From Pelagomonas calceolata (taxonomy: Eukaryota), in contig CAKKNE010000002.1 of NCBI GenBank assembly GCA_918797485.1, positions 5,084,001 through 5,148,000 of the forward strand: a stretch of DNA of 64,000 bases, read 5' to 3'. A program made the position numbers and the translations under genes. Position 1 is the first letter of the stretch. The number at the start of each line of letters is the position of its first letter. The notes beneath the pieces are model-generated. The model had not been told where the DNA came from and did no database searches. It saw nothing but the letters and a program-made list of their open reading frames with translations. Shown here one piece after another: positions 61,160 through 64,000 of this stretch.

Positions 61160-64000
61160 TCACGCCAGCACGCACCCTTCCGGCGGCGCCTCCACAGCTG
61201 GCACGGGTGGCGCGGCCTCAGACCCGCTGCTCAGCGAGCGCCGGCGCCGCCGCGGCGACCGGCGGTCGCGCGGCGAGCGCCGCGCGGGAGAGCTCCGGTC
61301 CGATGCCGCCGGCGACTGGTAGAGCGCGTCGCGCTCGCGCCGCAGTTCGGGGGACGTCTTGAAGATGTCCGCGAGATGGGGCCGCTCATTATCCCAGGAC
61401 CGCGGCCGCGGGCGGTCGATGCGCTCCGGCGACTGGGCGCGGTCCGCGGCGCAGACGCGGTCCACCCTCAGCAGTAACGCGGCGAGCACGTCGCGTGCGG
61501 CGCGTCTTATCGAAGCTAAATCCGCGGCGTCGAGCGGCGGCCCGTTCCGCGCCGCGACGACGTCGGCGCGCGCCGCCGTCTCGGCCGTCGCCGCCACGAC
61601 GACCAGCGCCGCGACGCAGGCCTCGTTGCGTGTTATTAAAGGGACCGTGTAGGACGGGCGTCTCCCCTCCGTGCTCGCCAGCTTGACGTTCCTCGCCTTG
61701 GCCACGACCGTCAGAACGTCGTGCCACGGGACACTCCGTCGTCGCAATACTTCGGTGAGGGCCGGAGCCCACCTTGATAAGGGCCTCCTCAAAAAGTGCG
61801 ACGCGTGGCGTTTTAAAGTAGCTCGATCTAATGCGCCGGCGCCGGCCCGGGCGAGCTTCGACGCCGCGTTCGCCGCCGCACCCCTCGCGTCGGCCCGCGC
61901 GGCGACCTCGCGACCTGCGAAACGGACGGTGATCGTATGCCGGCGTCACCGCGCCATCGCCGCGACGCAAAAGAAACTCGGACGCCGAAGACGCACAGGC
62001 GGCCCAGAAGTCGTTCGAGACATGGGCCCCGCACGCGTACGCCGAGACGACGTCCCGCGACCCGTGCACGTGCACGAGCGCCGCGCCCCGGTTCGCCAGC
62101 CGCACGCCGAAGGGCGCGCGCGGCGCCGGTGGCCGCTCGACGACCGGAGCCGCATCATCTCCCGAGCTCTCCGACTCGTCGTCCGCCGTGTCGGTTTGGT
62201 CGTCTTCGTCCGACCAAGGCATCCTAGCTGCCGCCCCGACGGCCCAGGCCGCCCCCGCCTCGTCGGCATCTGAATGCATCCCGAAGACCCGCGACAGCGC
62301 CATCGAGAGCTTTGGTGAAGAGTCGCGCTGGCGCGGCGCGGCGCGCCACGTCGTCGCGAAGGCGCCGTCTTCGAGCTTGTGGGCCGTCACTTGGCTTGAA
62401 GAGCGTCTCGCTAGTACATCTGCGACGAGTAGAACAGCAGCATCTCGTCTTTGCAACAAACCCCCTCTTCGACAGGCCGCCTGAGCTAACCGCGCCGCGA
62501 AGGCCGTGGCTTGCTGATCGACTTTCGCTCGAGCTAACAAAGCTTTCGCCGCGGCCCCGGCGCCGCCCCGCGTCGAACCATCCACGGACGCCAAAACGTC
62601 GGCCACCAGAGCCCACGACGCTCTGGAAGCGGTATCTTCCTCTTCCACCACAGCACCTACGGATCTAGCGCGCCTTAAAGGCTTCACCGCACTTCCAGAT
62701 CGTTGGAGTCGCACTTTCAGGAGTAACGAACCACCGGTCTTGTCGCACCGCAGCAGATCGGACTGCGCCGTCGTCCGCTCCAGCTCAAAACCAGCTGCAC
62801 GCCACTCAAGCACCACATTAGCTCTAAACGCTAACGCGCAGGCACACGCCTCGGCGACCTCGGTCGCCTCCGGCCCGCAGTCGTGCTCGTCTTCCTTCAT
62901 GCGTCTCTCACCGTCACTGCTGTCCGACTCTTCGTCGTAGGCGTGGACGTGGTCCGCCCGGCGCTTCCGAGCCGGTCGTCTTACTGCCACTCGTAGGATG
63001 GTCGCCGTCGTCGCCGCCTCCTCGTCGTCAACGAATACGTCATCAAAGCGCTTCAATACAGGTAACTGGTCCCGTCCCGTGCCGTCCTCTGAGGAAGAGT
63101 CGTCCTCGCCCAATTGATATGAAGAAGTCTTGGGTCTCTCACGAGGTAACGGCGCCGCAATACCACTCCCGGGCTCGCCCCACCAGGGCGACGCCTTCGC
63201 TAAGTAGGACTCGGCGTCCGCGTCGGACTTCCTTTCTCGTTGATTCGACCGGCGCCGTCTCCGGTTTCGACGTCGTTGCCGCGGCGCGTCCTCTTCATTA
63301 ACACGGGCGCTCGTCGCCTTGGCTACGCGTCGGTCTCTATCTCGTTGCCGATCGCGAGCTCTACGTGCCGCGACTCCTAACGACGTCGCCAACCGATCGT
63401 GCGCGGCATCCCCTACTCCAAACGTATATAATGATCTTTTGGCACCATGTATGGAAGCAATAGCTATAGCTGGGGCGTCCGCCGGCGTTCTACGACCGCA
63501 CGCTACCACCCGCCAAGGACCATCAGTAACTCTAGGTCGCAATATGTCCGCCCGACCCCGATTGCCCGAGAACGCGCCTCCCGCATCTCTCGCGAACGAC
63601 GCCTGGGCCTTCACTGCCAGCGTCTGCAGCGCCCAGGGCGGACTTATGGAACTGTCGCGACTGGCCCGGGCGTCGCCGCAGCCCGCCCGATGTGCTGCTT
63701 TTAAAGCTGACTGTAATCTACGAGCACCCAATCTAGAATGAGCCGCCTGGGCGAGCCAGCGGGAAGCTGCCGCTCGCGTTCGAGCCGCTAAAGCGCCTCT
63801 AGCAGCCACGCGTTCGAGCCAGTTCCCCAGGTTATGTTCCGAGGAATCCCCACCAAATAACGCCCACGACGCCCGCGCGACTCCATCTTCGAGTCTCAAA
63901 TCACAGAGAGCCGCCCGGAAACCGGGCTCCTTGTCCGGCAGGGCAGCTAAACAAAGCCGCACGCCTTCGCCCGACCTGTCTGGGAATAAGGCGTCCCACC
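61160..64000 (-). CDS. 3' part of a large hypothetical protein; one intron (61915-61996)
   Basis: Long ORF from the window end joins ORF 61160-61792 in frame after splicing. Confidence 0.65.
61915..61996 (-). other. GT-AG intron (82 nt, phase 1)
   Basis: T|GTGCGTCTTCGGCGTCC...TTTCGCAG|GT restores FWAA-C-REVAAR. Confidence 0.7.

Overview
Gene-dense, GC-rich eukaryotic DNA with short intergenic regions and few, short introns. The best fit is a pelagophyte stramenopile alga (Pelagomonas/Aureococcus-like), inferred from signal-peptide/plastid-type presequences, a ciliary BBS4 gene, MYND-RING-TPR and DUF285 family members, and introner-type introns. About 38 protein-coding loci are supported, including BBS4, glucose-6-phosphate isomerase, KsgA/RsmA, YrdC/Sua5, an SLC12 cotransporter, two cyclophilins, two GT61 glycosyltransferases, a sulfotransferase, an AT3-SGNH O-acetyltransferase and a SLATT-like 2TM protein. 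I found no rRNA, intact tRNA, CRISPR array or transposase. Main non-coding signals: (1) a 20-24 bp bipartite motif CTAGTRT..N..CGCTAG with 15 clear and 3 variant copies, nearly all in 5'-flanking intergenic regions and not seen in the short convergent ones; (2) an intron at 28108-28198 built as a TIR element with an 8-bp target-site duplication (introner); (3) four other introns, two with GC donors, sharing CGGCGTC just after the donor; (4) a dispersed element shared by an intron and an intergenic region; (5) an unexplained 1.4 kb region with a decayed ~290-bp repeat. Several frame breaks lack splice signals and may be assembly errors.
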